IMG/VR virus record: IMGVR_UViG_3300008113_011796
Length of the DNA stretch: 64,000 bases
Reading direction: 5' to 3' (one strand)
Origin: an uncultured virus (IMG/VR IMGVR_UViG_3300008113_011796)
Taxonomy: Duplodnaviria > Heunggongvirae > Uroviricota > Caudoviricetes
Of this stretch, positions 1 through 9,150 are shown one piece after another (the first letter of the stretch is position 1; each line of letters begins with the position of its first letter). A model generated the notes under the pieces. The model did not search any database, was not told the origin of the DNA, and saw only the letters and a program-made list of their open reading frames with translations. The position numbers were made by a program, and so were the translations under genes.

Positions 1-1
1 T

Positions 2-631
2 CCTTTTATCTTCGACGGCGACTGGGCGATAATAACCTACGTCTTCACGAAGGAGAACGACTTGGACACTAGGACGGTATTAGTCACGCCGGATCTTCCA
101 TTGTCGTCGTCGGGTTACAACCAGAACAACTACGAGCGTGGCTGGATACCGTCCTCGGCGGGCCTTGCTGCGCCGCTCAGCACGACTAACGGGCTGAACG
201 TGGCGAACGGCACGTACTCAATACTTTGGCACGCCTCTGACCAGACAGGGCTAGGCCGTGAGACCGTGCTTGTCAACTTCAACGCCTTCAGGAATTTCTA
301 CCCGACGACGACCGAGATGATTGTCGATATGCGCGCGCACTGGTACACAAACAACTGGTCTCCAAGTTTCGTGGCGGGCGACCAGGGAAGGCTGAACGCA
401 ACAGCTCCGGTTAGCGTATCTATAATGCTCTACAAAGGAGGAACGCCACAGCTCGTGCTGGATTCCAACAATAAGCTTCAGTGGACCTTGAACGACTGGA
501 CAAGCAGGCAGCAGCTGAGCTCGATGTCGCGTGTCATAAACGCGGCGTACACTTCTCCGACTTCGGCGCGGCGTGTGGCGCTCCTGAAGTACAACCTCGT
601 CACGAAGAGTGGCATGGTATACTACCAGTAA
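2..631 (+). CDS. Hypothetical, probably virion structural protein (5' truncated by window edge)
   Basis: Frame is open from position 2 (PFIFDGDWAIITYVFTKENDLDTRT...). S/T/N/G-rich beta-type composition, directly upstream of the large fibre gene. Confidence 0.6.
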   Translation, partial: PFIFDGDWAIITYVFTKENDLDTRTVLVTPDLPLSSSGYNQNNYERGWIPSSAGLAAPLSTTNGLNVANGTYSILWHASDQTGLGRETVLVNFNAFRNFYPTTTEMIVDMRAHWYTNNWSPSFVAGDQGRLNATAPVSVSIMLYKGGTPQLVLDSNNKLQWTLNDWTSRQQLSSMSRVINAAYTSPTSARRVALLKYNLVTKSGMVYYQ

Positions 632-643
632 ATAAATGATGAT

Positions 644-3600
644 ATGTCGATACAAGTTTCAAACACCAAGGTAAGGATAGACGGAGACTCGAGGTTCGTC
701 CTTCGAGACGGCAGCGAGAAAGAGGGGAATATACTCGTCTCGGACGCCGAGGGCAACGCAACCTGGAAGTCAGGTAGGGGTCTCGTGGGCCAGGACCGCT
801 ACATAGGTGAGCCGTACGGCGGGGGCACCGTGGTTGGCATCTGGAGGGAAAACGGCGAGGAGAAGGTGCTCATCGCCTCGCATGTTACGCCGCCGGTCTA
901 CTCGCCTGGGTTTGGCGGCCCGTACAACTTCGAAACTGCTAGTGGTCCTTGGGGTATGACCAGCCAGTATCAGGGAACGATGTCATACTATAAGTTCGGC
1001 TGCTTTTCGCCGGGCGACGGCTCGTTCAACACCTACAAGGCGTACGAGGCCGCGAAGGAGTTCGGATTCACGTTGTTCTACGGAATTGCGTTCTATTACA
1101 ACTACCCGAAGGTTCTGAGTGATTACTTAAACAACCCAGGACTGTCGCACAGTGGCTACGCGGACTGGTACGTGCCCTCGGTGCAGGAGATGAAGATGGT
1201 TATGGACAACGCCTTCGTCTTTCAGCGATCGCAGCAGCTCAACTACAGTCCCTACAGAAACCAATTTCAGCTGGATCCGTTTCCCGACGACTTTGGAGCA
1301 GGTCTGAGCAGAAACATATTCTGGACGTCTACCGAGCCCGACAACTGGGACGAGGGTATTTACGCGACGTTTTACGCGTACGCCTACGACGTGAGGCTTG
1401 ACAAATTCTTCCTGAAACCCAAGTGGGAGTCGGCCGCCATACTCCTGGTCAGGACCGAGGTGACGAAGGGCTGGCTCAAGTACAAGGACTACTACACAAC
1501 GACGACCGTCGGCTACGGCGGGTTCCAGAGGAACCTCTACATGAAGAACACGCCTTTGACCGCAAGGGTTACCCTGTGCCTCGACGCGACCGACAAGCTA
1601 TCTTACAACGACGCTACGCGGCCAAACAGGTGGACCGACGTCGTCACCGCTGGCCTCACGTCGTCAAGAAGCTTCTTCATCAATTCTACCAGGTACAGCT
1701 CGAACTTCGGAGGCTACTTCAGTTTCACCCGAGGCGCATCTGGCAACACAGGACAGGATCTATATGGTACTATTTTCGGGCTGAGGACAATCTACGCGGA
1801 CAACGACCCCGTTAGTTCAATAAAGACGCACCACATATCTATGGAGTTATGGTTCAGGCCCAGGAAGCCCACCGACGCGACCACGTCTTGGTTCTACTGG
1901 CTGGTCTCTTTCCCGTCTGCATCTCCATTAAGAGATTCGGTCTACTCGAATCCGGGGATTTCGGTCAATTTCAATGGTGCTTCTGCGCAGATAAACGTTC
2001 ATGGTGTCATCCAATTTACGTATGTTTACGCCACTGTTCAGACGGCGGACATTCTCGACAAATGGACTCACCTTGTGGTGAGTGCCCCGTTGAACGAGGA
2101 ACTAAGCCAGATCAACACGCAGATCTGGCTTAACGGTCAGTCTGTGCCAGCCCTTATTGTTATCTCATTAGGAAATAATTCGAGTTTCGACCTCGGTTTC
2201 GGTAAAGGCCAAATGGCGACTTCGCAAGGAAGTGGCGGTGGCCTGGGCCAAATGTACGGCCCTCTGATAGGCAACTTCAGGCTCGGTGGAAACCAGGAAA
2301 TCGAGTTATTCGAGCCGGGGTTTGATATTCCCAAGCCGTACCTGCCAGGCTCGTTCTTCCACGGCGACATATCGCTTTTCAGGACTTTCGACAGGCTTAT
2401 GGTGATCTCTGACGTCACCGCACTTTACAACGACAAGGTCAAGCTTTACCAGGGGCTTTCTCAGGGCACGCACGTAATTGACCAGAGCCCTGGCCCGGGA
2501 ACCTTCTCTGTCCTGCAGCCGCTGCAGCTCGTTCTTCCGGGTAAGAAGAACCTGCACGTACTCAGGTCGACGGCTAACGGCACCGCTTCGTGGGTAGAGA
2601 AGAACTACCTGTTCTACAGGGCGGACAACAGGCGGGAGATAGGCGACTACTACGGCGGCGGCATAATAGTCAACATCAGCAACTACCCTGCCAACGTCTA
2701 CACATACACCATAATGTCTATGGACGACATACGCGGCCCCTACCTGGGTACGTTCTCGTATGGCAAGGAGACGGGCATCCAGCCATATGGCGTTACGAAG
2801 TCGAACAGGTTCTTCATAGAGAGCTACGACCTCCAGAGCGAGTTGGCGTACTACCAACAGGGAGGCCCTCTACCAACGGGTGGGAACGCACCAAACCAGT
2901 TCTACCCACATCAATACCTACTTTCAGACGAAACCTCGTCTATTGTGTACGACCCGCTGTACGACGCCTATATGCACCTGGGGTACTACCCAACAGAGCC
3001 GACATCGTACGGTCCGCTTTACAACCAGCTGCTTGTCCAGCCGGGCTACTCTGACCAACGCGCCATAAGGTATAATGCTATTGGTTCTCTTGTAGGAACA
3101 CAGATAATGGGTTTTGCGTTTATGTCCAATAACAGGACCTCGTTCAGGGCAACCTGGCAGCACAGGAACGTTGGCTATATGTGGAACAGCGGCGTTCAGG
3201 TCTCAACTCTTGCGACCAGTATGTGGGACGGTGTGGCCAACACGAACCAGATAATGAAGTTCAGCAACCCGACCTGGTCGGCGGCCGCGGCCACCAGGCT
3301 TTTCTCGGTCGATCAGGTCAGGGGCAGCCAGGGCTTCACTGACTGGTACCTCCCGGCGATTTACGAGCTCGAGCAGGCCTTCAAGAACCTGGTCGCTGCG
3401 TCTGGAAAGACGAGGCACACACCTGGCGTACGACGGAACACGAATAATAATATTGATCCATACCAGATCGTGCACACGCCAACGAACCTCGCTGGCACAT
3501 ATTGGTCGTCGACAGAGAAGACCAATCAAGACGCATACTACTACAACTTCGGCGGTCTCAAAGACATAAACCTCGAATCATGGCCCGGTATGGGAATAAA

Positions 3601-5395
3601 CAGCGGTAAAACTGGCATAAACGTCGGCACTAAGAATGAGCGTAGGTTCGTGAGGGCCTTCAGGAAGGTCAGCATTCTCGCCAACTATAAGAGGTGGGGC
3701 GAGCCGTCGCCGAACGACGAGCCGGCTCTCGACTGGTACGTAGAGCCGTTCGACGAGAAGAACTGGACGCCGTACCCTGGTCTCAAGAAGAACGCCGTGT
3801 TCAACGTTGACACCGACAGGCCGCCTTCCTACAACGGTAGGTTCCTGGGCTGGTCAAGCGTGATCTACAACAGGCAGAACGGCGTATTCGGTAATCCGAG
3901 CACGGGCACTGTGCTGCAGGGAGTCACCTGGTCGGCGACCGAGGTCGCGCTCTACTTCAACGGAACGTGGTCGGCGCCGGGTGTCACCTTCAAGAGGGAC
4001 TCTTACATAGAGTTCAACGGGCCTTACAACATAACGCTCGGCCAGGCAGGCGCTGCTGCCAAGGACGTCATAGAGGTCTGGTGCAAGCCTACTCACGAGG
4101 TTTCCAGCATAACGACCGCGCGTGGCATCGTCTGCACGCACGGCTTCTCGGTCGACAGCAGCGATCCTGCATACTTAGACAGGGTCTACGCCGGGTACAA
4201 TTTGTCTCTGACACAGAACGACGGATCCGACACGTACGGTGTAATCGTGGAGTTCGGCGACGGTCTAGGGGCAGGCGCCGGGCAAAGGAGGTCGTTTGTT
4301 TCCGCTTCGCGGCCTGTGCTTAAGGACAGGTGGAACCACATAGTTGTACAGTTCGGTAATTTCAACAGAAGAGTGAGCGGGGTGGAGCTTTGGGTTAACG
4401 GTAAGAAGGTGGCAATAACGGCGTTCCAAATACCGGGTTTGGCGGGCACTATAAGTTCCAGCAGTGGCTTCTCAATTAGCGGTTATGCCTATGAGGTTTC
4501 AAACAGCGTCAGCGGCAGGGTTCTGATTGGTTGTCTGTGGGTAGGTGCCAAGTACGTCTTCGAAGGCTGGATAGGCAAGGTCAGGACTTACTCCGCGCCG
4601 GCTTTTACACCGGGTATAACCGACGACGAGGTCAGCAACAACTACCAGAAGGACAGGGTAAGGTACAACGCGCCTAGTCCGATCACTTACCTCGTCGCGC
4701 AGAGCGGTCTACGTCTTCACCTCGACGCGAGCAGCTACGTAGGCGGCGGCATCTGGAATGACATGAGCGGTCGCTTCAATCAAAGAGATCCAGAGGTCAA
4801 TGAGGGCAGGGTCATCGCGCCAGTTGTGCCGACCTTTGTTTCTGTCACAAAGAGTGCGGGTTACTTCACAATGGCCTCGAACTATTTCGTGGTTCCGGGC
4901 AACTCGGCACTCTCGGACTTCACTTCCGGTATAACAATAATCGTTATAGCGGATTTCGGCACGTCCGACGGTGCCGAGAGGCTGGTTGACTTTGGAAACG
5001 GGCAGGGATTTGACAACATAATTTTCAGTAGATTAGGTAATAGTAATGACCTACTTTACCAGGTTTTCAACGGTTCTCAGACGCTGCTCTTGTCGACACC
5101 GCTGGTCAACGGAGTAATACCAAACCAATGGGGTTTCTACGGAGTGAGGAGCTCCAGTACGCAGACTAAGCTATTCAACCAGTTCACCTCGGTGACTTAC
5201 AACACGAGTGACCTTCCGGCGAACGTTATACGTAACAGCAGCTTCATCGGGAAGAGCAACTGGGTTGGCGACGCCAACTTCTCAGGAAGGCTTGCTGTCG
5301 TTGCGGTATGGAACAGGCCGCTCACGGACAGGGAGATAGACGATTTCTACCGCCACTACAAAGACCGGTACAACTTCAACTACACTGGTGCATAA
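644..5395 (+). CDS. 1583-aa tail fibre/adhesin-like protein with two DUF1566 (C-type-lectin-fold)-like and several LamG/ConA-like modules
   Basis: Two 'IG.YGGG' ... 'DWY(V/L)P(S/A)..E(M/L)' ... '(F/Y)W(T/S)STE' blocks. LamG-type motifs 'SMELWFRP', 'KWTHLVV', 'RWNHIVV', 'LRLHLDA', 'VWNRPLTDREI'. Confidence 0.75.
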   Translation: MSIQVSNTKVRIDGDSRFVLRDGSEKEGNILVSDAEGNATWKSGRGLVGQDRYIGEPYGGGTVVGIWRENGEEKVLIASHVTPPVYSPGFGGPYNFETASGPWGMTSQYQGTMSYYKFGCFSPGDGSFNTYKAYEAAKEFGFTLFYGIAFYYNYPKVLSDYLNNPGLSHSGYADWYVPSVQEMKMVMDNAFVFQRSQQLNYSPYRNQFQLDPFPDDFGAGLSRNIFWTSTEPDNWDEGIYATFYAYAYDVRLDKFFLKPKWESAAILLVRTEVTKGWLKYKDYYTTTTVGYGGFQRNLYMKNTPLTARVTLCLDATDKLSYNDATRPNRWTDVVTAGLTSSRSFFINSTRYSSNFGGYFSFTRGASGNTGQDLYGTIFGLRTIYADNDPVSSIKTHHISMELWFRPRKPTDATTSWFYWLVSFPSASPLRDSVYSNPGISVNFNGASAQINVHGVIQFTYVYATVQTADILDKWTHLVVSAPLNEELSQINTQIWLNGQSVPALIVISLGNNSSFDLGFGKGQMATSQGSGGGLGQMYGPLIGNFRLGGNQEIELFEPGFDIPKPYLPGSFFHGDISLFRTFDRLMVISDVTALYNDKVKLYQGLSQGTHVIDQSPGPGTFSVLQPLQLVLPGKKNLHVLRSTANGTASWVEKNYLFYRADNRREIGDYYGGGIIVNISNYPANVYTYTIMSMDDIRGPYLGTFSYGKETGIQPYGVTKSNRFFIESYDLQSELAYYQQGGPLPTGGNAPNQFYPHQYLLSDETSSIVYDPLYDAYMHLGYYPTEPTSYGPLYNQLLVQPGYSDQRAIRYNAIGSLVGTQIMGFAFMSNNRTSFRATWQHRNVGYMWNSGVQVSTLATSMWDGVANTNQIMKFSNPTWSAAAATRLFSVDQVRGSQGFTDWYLPAIYELEQAFKNLVAASGKTRHTPGVRRNTNNNIDPYQIVHTPTNLAGTYWSSTEKTNQDAYYYNFGGLKDINLESWPGMGINSGKTGINVGTKNERRFVRAFRKVSILANYKRWGEPSPNDEPALDWYVEPFDEKNWTPYPGLKKNAVFNVDTDRPPSYNGRFLGWSSVIYNRQNGVFGNPSTGTVLQGVTWSATEVALYFNGTWSAPGVTFKRDSYIEFNGPYNITLGQAGAAAKDVIEVWCKPTHEVSSITTARGIVCTHGFSVDSSDPAYLDRVYAGYNLSLTQNDGSDTYGVIVEFGDGLGAGAGQRRSFVSASRPVLKDRWNHIVVQFGNFNRRVSGVELWVNGKKVAITAFQIPGLAGTISSSSGFSISGYAYEVSNSVSGRVLIGCLWVGAKYVFEGWIGKVRTYSAPAFTPGITDDEVSNNYQKDRVRYNAPSPITYLVAQSGLRLHLDASSYVGGGIWNDMSGRFNQRDPEVNEGRVIAPVVPTFVSVTKSAGYFTMASNYFVVPGNSALSDFTSGITIIVIADFGTSDGAERLVDFGNGQGFDNIIFSRLGNSNDLLYQVFNGSQTLLLSTPLVNGVIPNQWGFYGVRSSSTQTKLFNQFTSVTYNTSDLPANVIRNSSFIGKSNWVGDANFSGRLAVVAVWNRPLTDREIDDFYRHYKDRYNFNYTGA

Positions 5396-5403
5396 TTTTT
5401 CCT

Positions 5404-5411
5404 TATATTAG
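5404..5411 (+). promoter_or_regulatory. Bacteroidota-type -7 promoter variant (TATATTAG)
   Basis: One mismatch to TAnnTTTG, 4 nt before ATG at 5416, same spacing as other copies. Confidence 0.5.
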
Positions 5412-5415
5412 CAGT

Positions 5416-5583
5416 ATGAAGAACAAGCAGCAAATATCGAAAGAAGAAATACTGAGAATAGAGAGAGCAGTCTCTAGGGATTTGGAAATAACGTCTGGAC
5501 TTCGCCAGTGCCACCACCGTGTGCACGCGTCCGCCAAGACCTACAACAGGAAGAGCAAGCACAGGTGCAACTACCATTTATGA
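5416..5583 (+). CDS. 55-aa basic protein, ArfA-like C-terminus
   Basis: MKNKQQISKEEILRIERAVSRDLEITSGLRQCHHRVHASAKTYNRKSKHRCNYHL, with its own promoter box and terminator. Confidence 0.6.
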   Translation: MKNKQQISKEEILRIERAVSRDLEITSGLRQCHHRVHASAKTYNRKSKHRCNYHL

Positions 5584-5585
5584 GA

Positions 5586-5611
5586 AAAGGCCGCGATAAC
5601 TCGCGGCCTTT
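5586..5611. terminator. Bidirectional intrinsic terminator
   Basis: AAAGGCCGCGA-TAAC-TCGCGGCCTTT between convergent genes. Confidence 0.8.
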
Positions 5612-5612
5612 C

Positions 5613-6665
5613 TTATTTGAAGCAGTTCATGTTCCTGAGCTTCTCAATCTCGTGTCTCTCGTCGAGAGATACGTTCTTCGGAACTTTTATGGCTATCTTT
5701 ATGTAGAGGTCGCCAAGTCCCTGGTGCACGTCCGGTATGCCCTTGCCGCCGATCCTCAGCTTGTGGCCGTGCTCGGTTCCCGGCTGAACAGTCACGTTTA
5801 TCTTGCCGTGTGGCGTGTCGACGTGAAGCTGTGCACCGCATATCGCGTCGATGACGCTTATCTGTCTCTCGACCACGATGTTGTTGCCCTCTCGTGTGTA
5901 TGAGAAGTCCTGCTGTTCCTCTATCACGATGTAGAGGTCGCCTGGCTGCCCTCCCCTTACGGCGTTTCCGAAACCAGGCATGTTTAGCTGCATTCCTGTC
6001 GATACTCCTGCGGGTATTTCGACGTCGACGACCTGCTCTTTCGGCCTCGTTCCCTCTCCGTGACAATCGCCACACTTCCTGCTGAACTGCTGGCCCGTTC
6101 CCTGGCAGTCAGGGCAGGTGGCCTGCGTCCTCATCTGTCCGAACGGCGTGTTCTGGACGACGATCCTCTGTCCCTGGCCGTTGCACGTTATACATCTCCT
6201 CGGGTCGTGTCCTCCGTGTCCGCCGCAGGAGTCGCAGCTGGATTGGCGCTTGTACCTTATCTTCTTGGTCGCTCCTTTCAGTATCTCGTCTATGTTTAGC
6301 GTCACCTTCATCCTGAGGTCCATGCCCCTCGTCTGCCTACGGCCTCCCCCGCCGAACGGGCTTCCGCCGAATATGTCTCCGAACTGGCTGAAGATGTCGT
6401 CCATCGAGAAGCCGTGTCCTCCGCCGAACGGGTTACCGCCACCTCTCGGATCGGCGGAGCCGAACCTGTCGTAGTTGGCCTTCTTTCCCGCGTCTGACAG
6501 GACGTCGTACGCCTCTGCAGCATCCTTGAACTTCGCCTCGGCCTCGGCATTGCCCGGGTTCTTGTCGGGGTGAAGCTCCATCGCCTTCTTGCGGTAGGCC
6601 TTCTTTATCTGGTCTTCTGTGGCGTTCCTGTCGACGCCGAGTATGCTGTAGTAGTCCTTGTTCAT
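5613..6665 (-). CDS. dnaJ: Chaperone DnaJ (class A)
   Basis: J-domain 'DYYSILGV...HPDKN', G/F-rich linker, four CxxCxGxG zinc repeats, C-terminal domain. Confidence 0.97.
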   Translation of the reverse strand: MNKDYYSILGVDRNATEDQIKKAYRKKAMELHPDKNPGNAEAEAKFKDAAEAYDVLSDAGKKANYDRFGSADPRGGGNPFGGGHGFSMDDIFSQFGDIFGGSPFGGGGRRQTRGMDLRMKVTLNIDEILKGATKKIRYKRQSSCDSCGGHGGHDPRRCITCNGQGQRIVVQNTPFGQMRTQATCPDCQGTGQQFSRKCGDCHGEGTRPKEQVVDVEIPAGVSTGMQLNMPGFGNAVRGGQPGDLYIVIEEQQDFSYTREGNNIVVERQISVIDAICGAQLHVDTPHGKINVTVQPGTEHGHKLRIGGKGIPDVHQGLGDLYIKIAIKVPKNVSLDERHEIEKLRNMNCFK

Positions 6666-6686
6666 TTTTATTATGTGGAATTTTTT

Positions 6687-6926
6687 CTATCTATTCGAAA
6701 ACCATAGTTCTTTCTCCCAGTCGGGCCTGTGTATGCCCCAGAGCTCGCTCGCCTGCGCCTTACGGAAGTACCGGTTCATGTTGAAGGCCGAGTAGGATTC
6801 TATGAGCTCCTCTACGGAGTCTCCCTTCTTCCTCCAGAACTGCCACCACTTCTTCCTCTTTGCGGGTTTGTCTGCGACAGAGACAACGTACGTCTTGGAC
6901 GGCTTCGAGTTGGCGCTTAGTATCAT
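6687..6926 (-). CDS. 79-aa hypothetical protein with KKWWQFW amphipathic motif
   Basis: ATG at 6926 overlaps the stop of the upstream gene (ATGA coupling). Contains 'KRKKWWQFWRKK'. Confidence 0.6.
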   Translation of the reverse strand: MILSANSKPSKTYVVSVADKPAKRKKWWQFWRKKGDSVEELIESYSAFNMNRYFRKAQASELWGIHRPDWEKELWFSNR

Positions 6927-7222
6927 CTCTTCACTCTTAGTTTTTCGTAGGCCTCGGGATCCACGACTATGTTGTTGTACGACCCCGGCTCTCTTTCCTC
7001 GCACAGGTACTCGTGCGCGAGCTGGTTCACCGCGACGTTGTCTGTGTCTACGTCCGAGTAGTGTATGTGCTCGAACGCCTCCATAAGCTCCTCGCGGTCC
7101 TCCTCTGTCGGCACGACGATCACGTACTTGGCCCACTTAACGCTCGCCAGCTCCTCCTTTGTAAGGTACGGAGTGTCGTTTTCCAGGCTCTTGAAGTCTT
7201 CGTATCTCTTCATCTTTCTCAT
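6923..7222 (-). CDS. 99-aa hypothetical protein with N-terminal tag (MRKMKRYEDF)
   Basis: True start inferred at ATG 7222 from ATGA overlap with 7219..7548. Phage-like codon usage. Confidence 0.75.
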   Translation of the reverse strand: MRKMKRYEDFKSLENDTPYLTKEELASVKWAKYVIVVPTEEDREELMEAFEHIHYSDVDTDNVAVNQLAHEYLCEEREPGSYNNIVVDPEAYEKLRVKR

Positions 7223-7548
7223 TTCAGTAGGTTGTCTATCAATATCTCCCTCCTCAGGCAGGCGGCGCTGTCCTCGAATACTATTTCCGTGTACTTGTTG
7301 TACTTTATCAGGAAGTCCGGGCCCTCGTAGTGCTGGTTGAAGTCCGACCTGCGTACGAGCCTCATCACCGGCAGCTCGTCGACTATCTGCTTGAACAGCC
7401 CCTCGACGTCCTCGAAGGTAGTGAGGTCGTTCTCCTCGATCCTGAGGCATAGCCAGTCCATAACCGGGCCGACTATGGCCATCACGTTCTCCCTGTACTT
7501 CGGCGTGTCGACTATCTCGGCGACCCTTATTTCCCATTTCAGCTTCAT
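7219..7548 (-). CDS. Hypothetical protein with C-terminal tag (RREILIDNLLK)
   Basis: Translationally coupled ORF in the grpE-dnaJ operon. Confidence 0.75.
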   Translation of the reverse strand: MKLKWEIRVAEIVDTPKYRENVMAIVGPVMDWLCLRIEENDLTTFEDVEGLFKQIVDELPVMRLVRRSDFNQHYEGPDFLIKYNKYTEIVFEDSAACLRREILIDNLLK

Positions 7549-8099
7549 CTCAGCGTGTTTTGTATCCTAAGATCTCTTATTATCTCGGCCTGCTCTTGTT
7601 TCGTCAGGCCGGTGCACTGCTTTATCATCATGTTGACGTAGTTCTGCGTTATGAGCTGCATCGTGTCCGACGTCTTGTCGAGGTACTCGAACCGGTCGAG
7701 AAGACCGTCTGCGTCCGCTGCCCACTCCGATATCGTGTCCAGGAAATGGTCGACGTTCCACTTCAGCGCGAGCATCTCACGTCTCCTGTCGTCTGGCATG
7801 ATTCTGAACAACCCCGGAGGGTTTATGACCATGCTTTCGTACGCCTGGTATACGCAACGCAGTATCAGCTCCTCCACGGCGTCGTCGTCGCCTTCGTGCA
7901 TATAGCCTGAGAGCGGGCCTGCCAAGAAGAGGTCCATTCTCTCGTCTATTATGTGCTCGAGATCCTTCTGCAGCCTATCACGCTGGAACTCGTCGTCGAC
8001 CTTCGTGATGTAGGACTCGATCAGGCCGTTCGTGAACCAGGCGTGGTTTAGCCTCTGTGTGAAACGGTCGTTCCGTTCTCTGTCCACGTACTTACTCAT
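7545..8099 (-). CDS. Hypothetical protein with C-terminal tag (RDLRIQNTLR)
   Basis: 184-aa ORF abutting the grpE stop. Confidence 0.8.
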   Translation of the reverse strand: MSKYVDRERNDRFTQRLNHAWFTNGLIESYITKVDDEFQRDRLQKDLEHIIDERMDLFLAGPLSGYMHEGDDDAVEELILRCVYQAYESMVINPPGLFRIMPDDRRREMLALKWNVDHFLDTISEWAADADGLLDRFEYLDKTSDTMQLITQNYVNMMIKQCTGLTKQEQAEIIRDLRIQNTLR

Positions 8100-8591
8100 T
8101 TATCCCAGAACCACCTTTGGATACCTGAACGGTTTGCCCGCCAGTGTGTAGCCTTTCGAGATGACGTCGATTACGTTCTTACCTTCGCCTAACATCGTCA
8201 CGACCTCGTGGAGGTCCTCGTCGTACGTTTCGGTCTGGACGGTCTCGATGCCTTGGCTCTTCAGGAATGTCTCTAGCTTACCTGCTATGAGTTGCACGCC
8301 TTCTTTGGCTGACTCGTCTTTGATGTTCTTGATTGCGAGAGCGATGTCGTTGTCGATGTCGAGCACAGCGGTCAGGACGCTTACTTTTGTGTTGTTCCTG
8401 AGATCCTCTTTCTCTTTTATCATTCTCTTCTTGTAGTTCTCGAAGTCTGCGCAGAGAAGCAGGTATTTATCCTCCATATCCCTCAGTCTGTCTTCGAGTT
8501 CCTTTGTTCTGTCCTCTGGAGCTTCGATGGTTTGCTCCGCGACGGTGGTCTCTTCTACCACCTCGATGTCATCTTGTTTCTTCTTTGCCAT
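8100..8591 (-). CDS. grpE: Nucleotide exchange factor GrpE
   Basis: 'ADFENYKKR', 'YDEDLHEVV', 'KGYTLAGKPFRYPKVV'. Confidence 0.93.
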   Translation of the reverse strand: MAKKKQDDIEVVEETTVAEQTIEAPEDRTKELEDRLRDMEDKYLLLCADFENYKKRMIKEKEDLRNNTKVSVLTAVLDIDNDIALAIKNIKDESAKEGVQLIAGKLETFLKSQGIETVQTETYDEDLHEVVTMLGEGKNVIDVISKGYTLAGKPFRYPKVVLG

Positions 8592-8592
8592 T

Positions 8593-9081
8593 TTAGTAGT
8601 TGAATTTTAGTAGCTTCTTTATGTTTGCCGAGTTGTAGAACTCGTAGGTGACGTTCTTGTCGACGATCTTGTGTACCTCGAGCCTCTCGAGTTCCTTCTT
8701 CATGTTTTCTATGTAGTCCACTAGGTCCGCCAGAGCCTTGACGTACGTCGACTTCGGCGTCCAGTAGTCGGGGAACTTGTCGAGGAACTTCTCCACCGCG
8801 AGATCGAAGGTCTTCTTCCTAGCGAGTAGCATATCCGCGTGCTTTATAGACTTGTTGGTCAGGTGCTCCACGACGTGGTTGTTGAATTTGTGGATCAGGT
8901 TGTCGGTGTCTATAACCTTCAGCAGCCCGATGACAAGCGCGTCCTTCTCGCTCAGTTCCATCTCCTGGTTATCCGCCAACAGTCGTTCGGCCTCCTTGTC
9001 GGATCCGGCGAGTATGTAGTAGACGTAGTTGTCCCAAAGGCATCTCCTTACGATGTCTTCAGGTTGGATTTTTATCGTCAT
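8593..9081 (-). CDS. Hypothetical protein
   Basis: About 162-aa ORF heading the minus-strand grpE/dnaJ operon. ATG at 9081 preferred over TTG at 9090. Confidence 0.75.
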   Translation of the reverse strand: MTIKIQPEDIVRRCLWDNYVYYILAGSDKEAERLLADNQEMELSEKDALVIGLLKVIDTDNLIHKFNNHVVEHLTNKSIKHADMLLARKKTFDLAVEKFLDKFPDYWTPKSTYVKALADLVDYIENMKKELERLEVHKIVDKNVTYEFYNSANIKKLLKFNY

Positions 9082-9137
9082 ATTCGTCAAAATAGTTTTT
9101 TTGTGTCCTTTTATAGTTTTTAAAGCGGTCGGGGTTT

Positions 9138-9145
9138 AATATATA
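9138..9145 (+). promoter_or_regulatory. Putative phage late promoter (AATATATA)
   Basis: Recurrent box, 5 nt before ATG 9151. Confidence 0.6.
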
Positions 9146-9150
9146 CCGTT

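Noticed and set aside
644..5395. Active diversity-generating retroelement
   Set aside because: Only a possible target-type domain is present. No template repeat or RT in the window.
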